A program made the position numbers and the translations under genes. From Alkalispirochaeta sp. (lineage in GTDB: Bacteria; Spirochaetota; Spirochaetia; DSM-27196; Alkalispirochaetaceae), in assembly GCA_965601925.1 (NCBI GenBank), contig OZ271854.1, positions 2,912,001 through 2,976,000 on the forward strand: DNA of 64,000 nt, read 5' to 3'. Of this stretch, positions 1-10,115 are shown one piece after another (the stretch's first letter is position 1; each line of letters opens with the position of its first letter). The notes under the pieces were generated by a model. That model was not told the origin of the DNA and did no database searches. It saw only the letters and a program-made list of their open reading frames with translations.

Positions 1-133
1 AGGCGGGGCATAGCGGATCGGGATCCAAGGTTACGATGGATATTTGAAGGGGTACAGCGGCGAGGGCCAGCATGCGACCGAGCTGGCCGCCACCGACGAC
101 GCCTACCGTTTCGATTCGCCCGTGCGTATTCAC
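1..133 (-). CDS. purK: N5-carboxyaminoimidazole ribonucleotide synthase, 5' part (runs off window)
   Basis: Manual translation from GTG at 133: MNTHGRIETVGVVGGGQLGRMLALAAVPLQISIVTLDPDPLCPA; the GGGQLGRM...LDP...CPA N-terminus is typical of PurK. Confidence 0.85.
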   Translation of the reverse strand, partial: MNTHGRIETVGVVGGGQLGRMLALAAVPLQISIVTLDPDPLCPA

Positions 134-264
134 GTGCGGTGAGGATACGGCGTGCTCGGCGTCGCGGTCAAGTTGAGGCGGGTCGGTTCGGTCCCGTTAC
201 TCGTTACCGCCCGCCCGTGCTTAAGCCTTCGACGAAAGGGTGCGCGGAGTACGTATGTGCTCTC

Positions 265-1260
265 TCAGTCCCAGCTGAGACCGCCGGTTTGATACTCCGT
301 GACGCGGGTCTCGAAGAAGTTCTTCTCCTTGGCCAGATCGGTGCTCTGACTCATCCACGGAAAGGGGTTCTGCGTCTCGAAATACTTGCCGAGTCCGATG
401 CGCTCCAGACGCCGGTCGGCGATGTACTCCACGTACTCGCCGAAGGAGTCCGAGTTGATGCCGACAATGCCCTCCGGGCACGCATCGCGGGCGTAGTTTT
501 TCTCCAGCTCGACCGCCTTCACGATTAAGCCTCGGAGCTCATCGGCAAACGCATCGGTCCATATCTCGGGGTTTTCAGCCTTGACGGTGTTGATGAGATC
601 GGCACCGAAGGCGAGGTGGAGGCTCTCGTCGCGCATGATGTATTCGAACTGTTCGCCGATACCTACCATCTTTCCCTTGCGCTTGAGCGCGAGCATCATC
701 GCGAAACCGGCGTAAAAGAAGATACCCTCCATGATAATGTAGTACCCCACAAGATCGTGGACGAAACGCTGAATGTTCGCCGTGCCTTCGGTCGTGAACG
801 CAGAGTCGAAGACGCTCTTCGTAAGGTCGATGACGAAATCGTCTTTTTCCTTGATCGAGGGAATGGTCTCATACATCCCGTAGATCTCGTCCGGATCGAG
901 GCCCAGGGAGTCGCACGCGTAGATGAAGGTGTCGGTGTGTACCGCCTCCTCAAACGCTTGACGGAGCATGTACTGTCGCGACTCGGGGTTGGTGACGTGG
1001 TTGTACACCGCGAGTACGATGTTGTTCGCCGTAAGACTCTCGGCGGTGGAAAAGAAACCCAGATTCCAGAGGATCAGGCGACGCTCGGTCGGGCTCAGGA
1101 CGTCCGAATTCTTCCACTGCTCGATGTCGTCCTGCATCGGTATCTCCTCGGGAACCCACGTGTTGGCGATCGCGTTGCGGTAGTGTTCCCGCGCCCACGG
1201 ATAGCGCATGGGGAGGATCTTGTTGGGATCGGTCTTCGAGTTGTTAATAATGCTCATCAC
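265..1260 (-). CDS. nrdB: Ribonucleotide reductase beta subunit, class Ic (R2c, Mn/Fe)-type signature
   Basis: Ferritin-like ligand motifs FFSTAE, EEAVH, IMEGIFF, RDESLH; C-terminus KNFFETRVTEYQ; Phe at the radical-Tyr position (EEAVHTDTF). Confidence 0.95.
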   Translation of the reverse strand: MMSIINNSKTDPNKILPMRYPWAREHYRNAIANTWVPEEIPMQDDIEQWKNSDVLSPTERRLILWNLGFFSTAESLTANNIVLAVYNHVTNPESRQYMLRQAFEEAVHTDTFIYACDSLGLDPDEIYGMYETIPSIKEKDDFVIDLTKSVFDSAFTTEGTANIQRFVHDLVGYYIIMEGIFFYAGFAMMLALKRKGKMVGIGEQFEYIMRDESLHLAFGADLINTVKAENPEIWTDAFADELRGLIVKAVELEKNYARDACPEGIVGINSDSFGEYVEYIADRRLERIGLGKYFETQNPFPWMSQSTDLAKEKNFFETRVTEYQTGGLSWD

Positions 1261-1275
1261 GGTCTCCTTTGTTCG

Positions 1276-4170
1276 TTACTGGCAACTCTCACAATCGGGG
1301 TCGGTCAGGCTACAGATATTGGTTACCTCGGTCGCCGGAGTCATGGTCGCCGTATCGATACGGGCCGGTATCGGGCGCCCCTCGGCCCCTACCGCATCGC
1401 GAAGCGCGACACGGTTGCTTCCGGCATCGACCGCCGCGTCTCGATCCGCCGCCGCCGACGCGCGCTCTCCCGTCGCATGCGAAGAGCCGGCGGGGGAGGT
1501 GTCGCGCCGTTGGGTGAAACCGTACTTGGCGGCGTCCAGGGTGCTCTTCTCGATCTGGCTCGCCCCGAGACTTCGGAGGTAGTACGTCGTCTTGAGACCC
1601 ATCCTCCACGCCTCCGTGTATACCTCGTGAAGTTTCTTGCCGCTTGTGCCGCGGATGAAGACGTTGTGGCTCTGGCTCTGGTCGATCCACTTGCCGCGGC
1701 GCGCGGTAAGCTCGAGCAGTGCCGTCGGATCGATATCGAACGCCTCGCGATGGAGCTCCTTGAGCTCGACGGGGATACCGGCGATGTGCGCGATGTTTCC
1801 GTCGTGATACTTCAGTTGCTCGAGCATCTCCTCGTTCCAGAGTCCGTGGCGCTTGAGGTCGCGTACCAGATACTCGTTAATAACGGTAAACTCACCGCTC
1901 ATGTTCGCTTTGACATAGAGATTCTTGTAGATCGGCTCGATCGACGGATACACGCCGGCGATATTAGAGATCGTCGCCGTGGGGGCTATCGCCATCGTGT
2001 TGGAGTTGCGCATCCCCTGTCGAGCGACGGTCGCCTTCAGCGCGTCCCAATCGAGGCGGCGCGTCCGGTCTACCGGGACCGGTACCCCACGCTCGGATTC
2101 CAAAAGATCGAGGGTATCGATCGGAAAGAGTTCGCGATCCCACTTGCTTCCCGCGAAGGTCGAGTACGAACCGCGCTCGGCTGCGAGGTTGCTGGAACCG
2201 AGAATTGCGTGATAGCTGATAAACTCCATGCTCTCGTCGACAAATGTACCCGCTTCCTCGCCGTCGATCGGAAGCCCGAGGGTGAACAGCGCGTCCTGTA
2301 ACCCCATGAGCCCGAGACCCACCGGGCGATGTCGAAGGTTCGCGGTGCGCGCCTCGACGGTCGGATAGAAGTTGATATCGACGACGTTGTCGAGCATACG
2401 CATTGCCGTCTGTACGGTCTCTTCGAGGAGAAAGTGGTTGAGTCCATCCTCCTCGACGTGGCGCGCGAGATTGACGGAGCCCAGATTGCACACCGCCGTC
2501 TCCTCCGCGGAGTTGTTGAGCGTGATCTCGGTGCACAAGTTGGAGTTGTGCACGACCCCGACGTGATCTTGCGGGCTGCGGATGTTCGACGGGTCCTTGA
2601 AGGTGATCCACGGATGTCCGGTTTCGAAAAGGCGCGTGAGCATTTTGCGCCATAACTTCACCGCCTCGACGCGACGCCATTGTCGAATGTTCCCTTCCTC
2701 CGCCGCCCGCTCGTACTCGATGTACCGTTCTTCGAAGGCGCGTCCATACAAGTCGTGCAGATCCGCCACCTCCTCGGGGCTGAAGAGCGTCCAGTACGAC
2801 TCCTCGCTTACCCGCTTCATAAATAAGTCCGGGATCCAGTTGGCGGTGTTCATATCGTGCGTGCGGCGCCGATCGTCGCCGGTGTTCCGCCGGAGGTCGA
2901 GAAAGTCCTCGATGTCGAGGTGCCACGTCTCCAGGTACGCACACGTCGCACCGCGGCGCTTTCCGCTGCGGTTGATCGCGACGGTCGTGTCGTTGGCGAT
3001 TTTGAGAAACGGTATCACCCCCTGACTCTCGACCTTGGTGCTCTTGATCGCCGCGCCCGTAGCACGGATGTAGCTCCAGTCGTTGCCGATACCGCCGGAC
3101 CACTTGCTCATTTGCGCGTTATCGCCGATGCACTTGAAGATGTGCTCCAAGTCGTCCTCGACGGTGCTGAGGTAACAGCTGGAGAGTTGCGGATGCGGTG
3201 TACCGGCGTGAAACAGGGTCGGCGTGGAGCTGACGAACCGCAGACCGGACAGCAGATCGTAGAACTCGCGCGCTCTCGCGGTAGGTTCGGCCTCCTCAAC
3301 CGCGAGCCCCATGGCGACGCGCATCCAGAAGTGCTGTGGCGTTTCGATCGGTCTCCCGCCAAGCCTGAGAAAGTATCGCTCGTAGAGCGTTTGGGTACCC
3401 AGGTAGAGCAGGTCGTCGTCGCGGCCGAGCTGAAGATATGCCGCAAGCTCCTCCAAATCGAATCGCTCAGCCAACGCGGGTGCGTACAGTCCGACCTCGA
3501 CGCCTCGGCGAATGTTCTCTTGGAAGGCCGATCGATACATCTCGTCGAACGAGGTCGCGTCGACGGATTGCCCGAAGACTTCGCGGTAGAGCTTTTGTCG
3601 CACGAGGCGCGAGGCGAGACGGTTGTACTGCGGATCGCGTTCGATGAATGCCGTGACCGAGAGAATCAACGCCTCCTCGAGCTCCGAGGTCGCGACGCCG
3701 TCGTAGATGTTTCGTTTGAGTTCGGTCAGAATGAGGTCGTAGTCCACCTCTCCCAGATCCCCGGCGTGGCGCGCCAGAGTCTCTTCGATTCTGGTGAGGT
3801 CGAAGGGAGCCGCGGCACGATTGCGCTTTTGTACCGTCAGGTCGCCGCTGAACACTTTTCGCGCGGAATCGCTCGCTCGACGCTCTCTGGCATCGGCGCG
3901 GCGTTGGCGATATATGATGTAACGACGACTCACGGTGAACAGCTGATTGCTCATGAGCGTCTCTTCGACGGCATCCTGTATCGTTTCGATGTCGACCGGT
4001 CCCTCCGATCCTCGAAAGCGCCGTCCGATCTCTTCGCCGATACGATCGAGTCTCTCTTCGTCGGCATCCTCGCCGGCGGCATCGAATGCGCGCTCGACGG
4101 CGCCGATAACACGATCGAGGTCGAACGCTACCAGTTCCCCGTTGCGCTTCCTAACACGCGGATATGCCAT
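1276..4170 (-). CDS. nrdA: Ribonucleotide reductase alpha subunit with two N-terminal ATP cones
   Basis: Start MAYPRVRKRNG with G-rich RBS; second cone VQKRNR; STPTLFHAG, SSCY, SNLCTEI, IAPTATIS, KTTYYLRS; C-terminal CESC. Confidence 0.96.
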   Translation of the reverse strand: MAYPRVRKRNGELVAFDLDRVIGAVERAFDAAGEDADEERLDRIGEEIGRRFRGSEGPVDIETIQDAVEETLMSNQLFTVSRRYIIYRQRRADARERRASDSARKVFSGDLTVQKRNRAAAPFDLTRIEETLARHAGDLGEVDYDLILTELKRNIYDGVATSELEEALILSVTAFIERDPQYNRLASRLVRQKLYREVFGQSVDATSFDEMYRSAFQENIRRGVEVGLYAPALAERFDLEELAAYLQLGRDDDLLYLGTQTLYERYFLRLGGRPIETPQHFWMRVAMGLAVEEAEPTARAREFYDLLSGLRFVSSTPTLFHAGTPHPQLSSCYLSTVEDDLEHIFKCIGDNAQMSKWSGGIGNDWSYIRATGAAIKSTKVESQGVIPFLKIANDTTVAINRSGKRRGATCAYLETWHLDIEDFLDLRRNTGDDRRRTHDMNTANWIPDLFMKRVSEESYWTLFSPEEVADLHDLYGRAFEERYIEYERAAEEGNIRQWRRVEAVKLWRKMLTRLFETGHPWITFKDPSNIRSPQDHVGVVHNSNLCTEITLNNSAEETAVCNLGSVNLARHVEEDGLNHFLLEETVQTAMRMLDNVVDINFYPTVEARTANLRHRPVGLGLMGLQDALFTLGLPIDGEEAGTFVDESMEFISYHAILGSSNLAAERGSYSTFAGSKWDRELFPIDTLDLLESERGVPVPVDRTRRLDWDALKATVARQGMRNSNTMAIAPTATISNIAGVYPSIEPIYKNLYVKANMSGEFTVINEYLVRDLKRHGLWNEEMLEQLKYHDGNIAHIAGIPVELKELHREAFDIDPTALLELTARRGKWIDQSQSHNVFIRGTSGKKLHEVYTEAWRMGLKTTYYLRSLGASQIEKSTLDAAKYGFTQRRDTSPAGSSHATGERASAAADRDAAVDAGSNRVALRDAVGAEGRPIPARIDTATMTPATEVTNICSLTDPDCESCQ

Positions 4171-4304
4171 GCAAGCCCCCCTACGGTGGTTCTGTGAGTC
4201 TATCGTGACGCGGTCACGACGGCTGGATTCCCCTCCCGGAAACCCGGTTCCTCTCGCAATATAGTCGCACTGGTTGTGTATATCAAGGTGTTTGGTGAAA
4301 GAAG

Positions 4305-4320
4305 GCGCTATATATGGTGT
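4305..4320 (-). promoter_or_regulatory. Putative NrdR box upstream of nrdA
   Basis: Minus strand ACACCATATATAGCGC matches the acaCwAtATaTwGtg consensus; lies ~135 bp upstream of nrdA. Confidence 0.65.
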
Positions 4321-4518
4321 AATGATAAAAACAATCATAAATGACGGCCGTAACCTCGCACATTCGACGTATATGCGTGGGTTGTCAGGATCGGGCGGGG
4401 CGCCGATACTACAACGGTTCTCGGTTTCAAGGCTTGTGCATCGGAGGTGTCGTTGAGACGTTACTATCCGCCCGGTGAGAAAGGGCAACCGCGGCAGTCT
4501 TCGCCGGGGGTTACGAGA

Positions 4519-5838
4519 ATGAGTCTCGACCGGTGGCGTACGCTCTGGCGTGAAGATACCGGGGCGTGGGCTTCGGCGTTGCGGGATCGTCCCTATCGTT
4601 TCGATCCCGAGGCCGCACCTCGGGCGATCGCCGCGTGGTGGAACTCGTTGTACCCCGCCGACCGGGAGGATTCGGCGAGTGCCGAGAGCGATGCATTGCG
4701 AGGAGTCCCTTTTCTCGTGAAAGACCTCTTCGATATTCCCGGCGAGGTCACTTCGTGTAGCTCGCATCTGTTTACCGACCCCACCGGACCCGGCGGCGAG
4801 CCCGCACGCAGCACCTCATGGCTTGCGGAGCGGTTCGTGCAACTCGGCGCCCATTGCGAGGGGCGAACGCACATGAATGAGTTTGCCTACGGCCTCGACG
4901 GGCGCAACGCGCACTTCGGCGATTGCCCGCACCCCCTCGACGGACGGCGCATAAGCGGCGGCTCCTCGAGCGGTTCGGCGTGGGCCGTGGCCGCCGGAGT
5001 CGTGCCCGTTGCTTTGGGTACGGATACCGGCGGTTCAATCAGGTTGCCCGCCGCCCTGTGCGGTATTTACGGCTATCGTATGGCCTACGACGCGGCGCGC
5101 CTTCACGGAGTCTTTCCTTTGGCACGCAGCATGGATACCGTCGGTTGGTTCACGGCGCATGCCGACGATATGGCGGAGCTTATGGCCCTCGTCTCCGGTA
5201 TGGAAGACGCCCCGACCGAGGACGGAAGCGAAGATGACGCCGGGGATCTCTCGGTCGGTGTGACCGTGCCTCCGGGTGTGGAACCGGATGAGGAGGTCGC
5301 GACTCGTTGGGAGGCCGTCTTGGAGGCTATCGCCGTCGTTCGCGGTATCAAGGAGGTCGTCGCGCTCCCTTCCTCCGCGGTACTCGGCGATTCCGCGTGG
5401 AAGGCGTACAACGTGATCGGATCTTACGAGGCGTGGAGCGCTCACGAGAAGTGGGTCGACCGATATCGGTCCCTGTACGATCCGACGGTGTGGGCTCTCA
5501 TCGACCGCGGTCGACACTGGAGCGAAGAGCGTCTGAGCGAAGCGCGTGCGATACGGGAGAAGGTTCGCGAGTGCACCATCGAATGGTTTCGAGAGGTGGA
5601 TCTCGTCCTCGTTCCTGCGACCCCGTCGGTATCTCCCCTCGCCGACCGGGCGGGCGGACGCTTTCGCGAGGGAGTCATTCGCCTGAACGCTCCCGCCTCC
5701 CTTTCGGGTTTGGCGGCTCTCTCAATACCCGTCGCTCACGACGCAGTGCGAAGCAGCGGGTTTCAGGTTCTCGTGCCGTCGGGGTGCGAGAAGCGATTGA
5801 TTCGGTTTCTAAAAATGTGGGCGACCGTCGTACAGTAG
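4519..5838 (+). CDS. Amidase signature family protein (AtzE/GatA-like)
   Basis: VKDLFD, GGSSSGSA, GTDTGGSIRLPAALCG motifs. Confidence 0.88.
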   Translation: MSLDRWRTLWREDTGAWASALRDRPYRFDPEAAPRAIAAWWNSLYPADREDSASAESDALRGVPFLVKDLFDIPGEVTSCSSHLFTDPTGPGGEPARSTSWLAERFVQLGAHCEGRTHMNEFAYGLDGRNAHFGDCPHPLDGRRISGGSSSGSAWAVAAGVVPVALGTDTGGSIRLPAALCGIYGYRMAYDAARLHGVFPLARSMDTVGWFTAHADDMAELMALVSGMEDAPTEDGSEDDAGDLSVGVTVPPGVEPDEEVATRWEAVLEAIAVVRGIKEVVALPSSAVLGDSAWKAYNVIGSYEAWSAHEKWVDRYRSLYDPTVWALIDRGRHWSEERLSEARAIREKVRECTIEWFREVDLVLVPATPSVSPLADRAGGRFREGVIRLNAPASLSGLAALSIPVAHDAVRSSGFQVLVPSGCEKRLIRFLKMWATVVQ

Positions 5839-5860
5839 GCACGCTACGGAGGATTGTCCG

Positions 5861-6427
5861 CTACGCGTCGACCTCGAGGCGACGCAGCGCTCGCTGAGAG
5901 GCCGCCGCGAGACGGTAGGCGTCCGCCGCGACTCGCATGTCGGCGGCCGACGGATCGCCCGGCGCAAGGGCGGCATTGAGCACCGTTCGCGCCTTCTTGA
6001 GCGATGCGCGGGGATCGCCGGGAACGGGATCGAGATCGACGGCGATCCGTCCGCCGGTGACGACTCTCTCACCCGCCGGGCCGCGCGCAGTCGAGTAATG
6101 GATGGCCGACTCGGCGTAGGGGCCGAGCGACGCCGCGTGCGCGCGCTCGTGGAGCCGAACTTCAGCGTCTCTACGCAGCGCATCGTCGGAAATCTGCAAG
6201 ACATAGTCGGTTCCCGGAACCGGAGTGCCGGTGTCCCGGGGTCGAGAAGATGCGCGTTGTGCGGATTGACCCGTCTCGGAGCCGATGCCTTCCCGTTGTT
6301 GAGTGATGACGATGACCGGCGTCCGGCGTGTATCGATATCGCCTCCTCCGTCCGCCGAATGTCGAGAGGAGATGTGCCGGGCCGCGCCGGGGAGTGTCAC
6401 GCCGCCGAGGTCGTATACCACCCGCAT
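5861..6427 (-). CDS. SprA-related / putative metalloprotease family protein
   Basis: EVRLHERAH...GGRIAVD..PVPGDP...AALAPGDPSAADMRVA pattern; start uncertain. Confidence 0.7.
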   Translation of the reverse strand: MRVVYDLGGVTLPGAARHISSRHSADGGGDIDTRRTPVIVITQQREGIGSETGQSAQRASSRPRDTGTPVPGTDYVLQISDDALRRDAEVRLHERAHAASLGPYAESAIHYSTARGPAGERVVTGGRIAVDLDPVPGDPRASLKKARTVLNAALAPGDPSAADMRVAADAYRLAAASQRALRRLEVDA

Positions 6428-6492
6428 AGGAAAAGAGTATATACAAACGTGCCGATACGTCGATGGGGGCCGCAAAAAAAGGGGGAGTGAGC

Positions 6493-6948
6493 ATGAAGGT
6501 TGTTGTAGAGCCGCTATCGGAGGCGGATCTGACGCAGGTCGTCGAACTCTGGGAACGGACCGAGCATCTCGGCATGTCCAGCGCCGATAGCCCGGACGCG
6601 CTACGTCGTTTCTTGCGACGTAACGAAGGCTTGAGCGTCGTCGCGCGCGTCGCGGCGTCCGACGACCAGACGACGGCGCAGAGTACGATTGTCGGAGCGG
6701 TTCTTGTGGGACACGACGGCCGTCGCGGATATCTCTACCATTTGGCGGTCGATCCCGCCGTGCGCCGTCGAGGTGTTGCGGCGCGCATAGTTGCGGAAGC
6801 GCGACGGACGCTCGCCTCGGAGGGGATCGAGCGCTGCCATATCATGGTATACGCCGAGAATCGTACCGGACGGGCGATCTGGCGGCGCCTCGGATGGCGG
6901 GACCGGCATGACATATCAATAATGACTGTCGATATCCCCATAACCTGA
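6493..6948 (+). CDS. GNAT acetyltransferase (YpeA-like)
   Basis: GHDGRRGYLYHLAVDP..RRRGVA motif; GGGGAG RBS. Confidence 0.85.
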   Translation: MKVVVEPLSEADLTQVVELWERTEHLGMSSADSPDALRRFLRRNEGLSVVARVAASDDQTTAQSTIVGAVLVGHDGRRGYLYHLAVDPAVRRRGVAARIVAEARRTLASEGIERCHIMVYAENRTGRAIWRRLGWRDRHDISIMTVDIPIT

Positions 6949-6968
6949 CCCGAGCTTCGATCTCGTTC

Positions 6969-7910
6969 TCATTCGTCGTCCTCACCGCCGGAGGATTGCG
7001 ACGCCCGGCTACGGGATGAGAACAACTGTACCGCCAACCCTCCGGCACCGGCGAGTATGAGACCGACAAGCTGTCGCGGGCCCGGGGACTCACCCAAGAA
7101 GATCCACGCCAGGACGGCGATTTGGATGAGCATCGTTCCGTTTATGACGCTCGATGCCAACGCCGTCAGCGTCGCGAGCGTCCGGTTCCATATCGTGAAG
7201 GCGAAAGCGGTGTTCACGATTGATAACCACAGGAGGATCGCGACAAAGCGTGCGGAGAGAACGGGAGCCTCCTCGATCGCGATACCCGTGAACAAGAGGG
7301 TCGCTCCGCCGATGCCCATACTGACGACGGTTATCGTCACCGGTGAGGCGGGCATGGAACGGTTTGCGTGACGTCCGAGGACCGACGATACGGCATTTGC
7401 CGCCATCCCGGCCACGGCGGCCGTTAAACCGAGACCGTAGGCACCGGACACGGTGACGGGCAGAAGGAAGAGCGCCGCACCGAGAAGATATATCGACACT
7501 CCCGCTACTTGCACCGTTCGCGGTCGCTCACCGATGAATGCCGCGGACAGGAGCGCAACGGCCACCGGCGAGAAGCTCAGGATCAGACTCGCCGTCTGTG
7601 CGGGGATATGCGCCAACGCGAAAAACTGCGCCCCTTGGGTGACTGCGTAGAACACGAGTCCCAGCGCACCGAGGACGGCCCAATCGCGGCCGCGGAGCCG
7701 CGACAGCTCCATCCGCCGCGCTTTGGCCGCCGCGATCGGCACGAGACACACAAACGCTATCGAATACCGAAGGCCCGCGAAGGTGAGAGGCGGCGCATCG
7801 GGGAGACCGAACTTGATGAGTATCCACGACGACGACCATAACACCGTGACAAACAGCGCTTCGGCGATTGCCCGCACCCGCCCGCTCTTCAAAACTAAGG
7901 AATCGTTCAT
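6969..7910 (-). CDS. DMT/EamA family transporter
   Basis: ~10 hydrophobic helices; LWSSSWILIK, PLTFAGLR, FLGE motifs. Confidence 0.85.
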   Translation of the reverse strand: MNDSLVLKSGRVRAIAEALFVTVLWSSSWILIKFGLPDAPPLTFAGLRYSIAFVCLVPIAAAKARRMELSRLRGRDWAVLGALGLVFYAVTQGAQFFALAHIPAQTASLILSFSPVAVALLSAAFIGERPRTVQVAGVSIYLLGAALFLLPVTVSGAYGLGLTAAVAGMAANAVSSVLGRHANRSMPASPVTITVVSMGIGGATLLFTGIAIEEAPVLSARFVAILLWLSIVNTAFAFTIWNRTLATLTALASSVINGTMLIQIAVLAWIFLGESPGPRQLVGLILAGAGGLAVQLFSSRSRASQSSGGEDDE

Positions 7911-8068
7911 CGATACCGGCCTTTCCGTCACACCCGAAGTGAACACAGGAGGCTCCGTATCCGTCCGACACCGCAGCCTCCCGCGCTCTTCCAACGGCCA
8001 CGGCTGAGCCGGACACCCCAAGCGTAACGATTGAACATACTGCGGCGAAATCGATCCGGCAAGGATGA

Positions 8069-8311
8069 GCCCCGATACTCGTCTTTACCGCCGGTCTGGT
8101 GCGACAACCGGCGGAAACGCTCAAAGAGCACTTGAGTATCATCAATGCCTTGAAGGCACGGGACCGCGAACGCGCCCGCTCGTTGATGGTCGCCCACATT
8201 GCGGTCGCCAAGACCATGCTTCGCGAGACCGTACGAAGTTTGCGACATCTCAGGGTCGACCCGAACTCAATCCCGATCGACAAAGTGGATATGAAAGAGC
8301 TCCCGGTGTAG
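8069..8311 (+). pseudogene. Remnant of the C-terminal FCD domain of a GntR/FadR regulator
   Basis: ETLKEHLSIINALKARDRERARSLMVAHI matches the FCD end; in-frame stop at 8066 and no HTH upstream. Confidence 0.6.
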
Positions 8312-8390
8312 GCGGGACCCTTTCATCGGCCCCTCGGTTGATGGGGCCCGGCGTCGTATACCGCGTGCCGTCGGTGCGGTACAATGCACC

Positions 8391-8942
8391 ATGATCGAAG
8401 GTCGACGCATCAATCTCCGCCCCGCACGCGAGGACGAGCTCCCGCTCCTCTATGATCTCGAGCATACCGTGGCAAATCGCGGTCCGTTCGGACCGCTCGA
8501 CGTATCGTCGTTTGTACAGTACAAGCGGAGTTACGAGAAACACGGGTTCTGGTTCGACGACGGCGGTCGCTTGATCGTCACCGACAAAGAGGGGCGGGTA
8601 ATCGGCAAGATCGGATGTCGAAGAAACGGCGTCATTTTGGGGTACGAAGTCGGCTACGTGATATTTCGCGAGCAGGATCGGGGGAAGGGCTATATGGGAG
8701 AGGCCCTGGAACTCTTTACCGCGTATATGTTCGCCTGGAAGGATATCCCCCGACTCTACCTTTTTATTACGCCGGAAAACGCACCGAGCGTCCGGCTCGC
8801 CGAGAAGGTCGGATACGTCGCCGAAGGGCTCATGCGACGCGCAGTCTTCTTTCGCGGCGCGTACTACGATCTCGCGATCTACGCCATGCTTCGTGAGCAG
8901 GCGCGATCGCTTATGGACCGCTCCGGTCTAACCGATCAGTGA
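8391..8942 (+). CDS. RimJ/RimL-type GNAT acetyltransferase
   Basis: EVGYVIF...RGKGYMGEA...ENAPSVRLAEKVGYVAEG. Confidence 0.85.
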   Translation: MIEGRRINLRPAREDELPLLYDLEHTVANRGPFGPLDVSSFVQYKRSYEKHGFWFDDGGRLIVTDKEGRVIGKIGCRRNGVILGYEVGYVIFREQDRGKGYMGEALELFTAYMFAWKDIPRLYLFITPENAPSVRLAEKVGYVAEGLMRRAVFFRGAYYDLAIYAMLREQARSLMDRSGLTDQ

Positions 8943-9137
8943 CACCGCGATCATGAGAGCACCGAAGAGCCGCCGGACCGATACCCGCAACGCTTTCCAA
9001 ACCGAATGAGATCCACGATCTTCGACGTCTCGCGGCCGCGATAATCGATCCGTGCGGCCCGCCGTTTCGAGTCCGTCTATCGTCCGTTGCCGACGGTAGA
9101 GCGACGGACGATACGATGCGCAGAAATCGCTCCCCTG

Positions 9138-10115
9138 TTACACGCCCTTCATGATACGGTCGATCTCCGCGGTCTGGGCGGCGCTCAGGGGGCCCGCTTC
9201 CATCGCCTCGGCGTTCTCTTCGGCCTGCTTCACGGTGCGGATTCCGGGGATCGGCAGCGTCGTGTCCGAGCGCGCCCAGATATAGGCCAGCGCTCCCTGG
9301 GCCAACGTTCGTCCTCCGGAGGTGAGGATCTCGCGCAAGGCGCCCAGCTTGGCGCTGATCGGGCCCTGGAACATGTCCTTGACCCACGCCTCGTTCCGGA
9401 CGTCGGTCGCCGAGAACGTGGTGTCGGCGTTGTACTTGCCCGTGAGAAACCCCATCGCCAGGGGCCCACGATTGAACGCCGCCATATCGCGCTGCTCACA
9501 GACCGCAAGGATTTCCGGCTGATCGACGGCGATGCTGAAGTTGGTCTGAATCGCCGAGCAGTGCTCTCCTTCGGCAAAAACGGCGGCCGATTCGGGAGAA
9601 TCGGTACTCCACCCGTAGCTGCGGATCTTTCCCTGCTCTACGAGTCGTTCGAGCGCCTCCCTGACGTCCACCGCGAGCGTGTTGTCATAGTCCCAAACGT
9701 GAAAGAAATAGACGTCGATGTAGTCCGTTTTGAGACGCCGGAGGCTCGCTTCACACTCCTCACGGACGTGTTCGGCGACCGGCATGGTCCGCATATCGGC
9801 GCCCCGGTTGCGCGCCTCCTTTGCCTCCTCGTCCACCTCGAACCCGAACTTGGTTGATATGACACACTCTTTCCGGTTCGAGCCGAGTCCCTTGGCCACT
9901 AAACGTTCCGAGAGGCCGGCGCCGTAGTTGGCGGCGGTGTCGAAGACGCGAACTCCGTGGTCGTATGCGGCGCGTATCGCGCGTAACGACTCGGCGTCGT
10001 CGGTCTTGCCCCATCCCGCGGGATTTCCCAGGAAGTTCCACTCGCCTCCGATCGCCCAGCAACCCATTCCCAGGGCGCTCGTCTCGACCCCTATTCGTCC
10101 CAGTTTACGTTTCAT
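9138..10115 (-). CDS. Aldo/keto reductase
   Basis: LGMGCW, FDTAANYG, STKFG, SLRRLKTDYID, GPLAMGFLTGK. Confidence 0.92.
   Translation of the reverse strand: MKRKLGRIGVETSALGMGCWAIGGEWNFLGNPAGWGKTDDAESLRAIRAAYDHGVRVFDTAANYGAGLSERLVAKGLGSNRKECVISTKFGFEVDEEAKEARNRGADMRTMPVAEHVREECEASLRRLKTDYIDVYFFHVWDYDNTLAVDVREALERLVEQGKIRSYGWSTDSPESAAVFAEGEHCSAIQTNFSIAVDQPEILAVCEQRDMAAFNRGPLAMGFLTGKYNADTTFSATDVRNEAWVKDMFQGPISAKLGALREILTSGGRTLAQGALAYIWARSDTTLPIPGIRTVKQAEENAEAMEAGPLSAAQTAEIDRIMKGV

Noticed and set aside
4175..4260. Possible cobalamin riboswitch in the nrdA leader (GGGGAA and CCGG stems on the minus strand)
   Set aside because: No recognisable B12 box or GCaACTGT core, and the region is too short
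4171..4767. N-terminal extension of the 1163-aa nrdA ORF
   Set aside because: Overlaps the amidase and the NrdR box; RBS and homology begin at 4170
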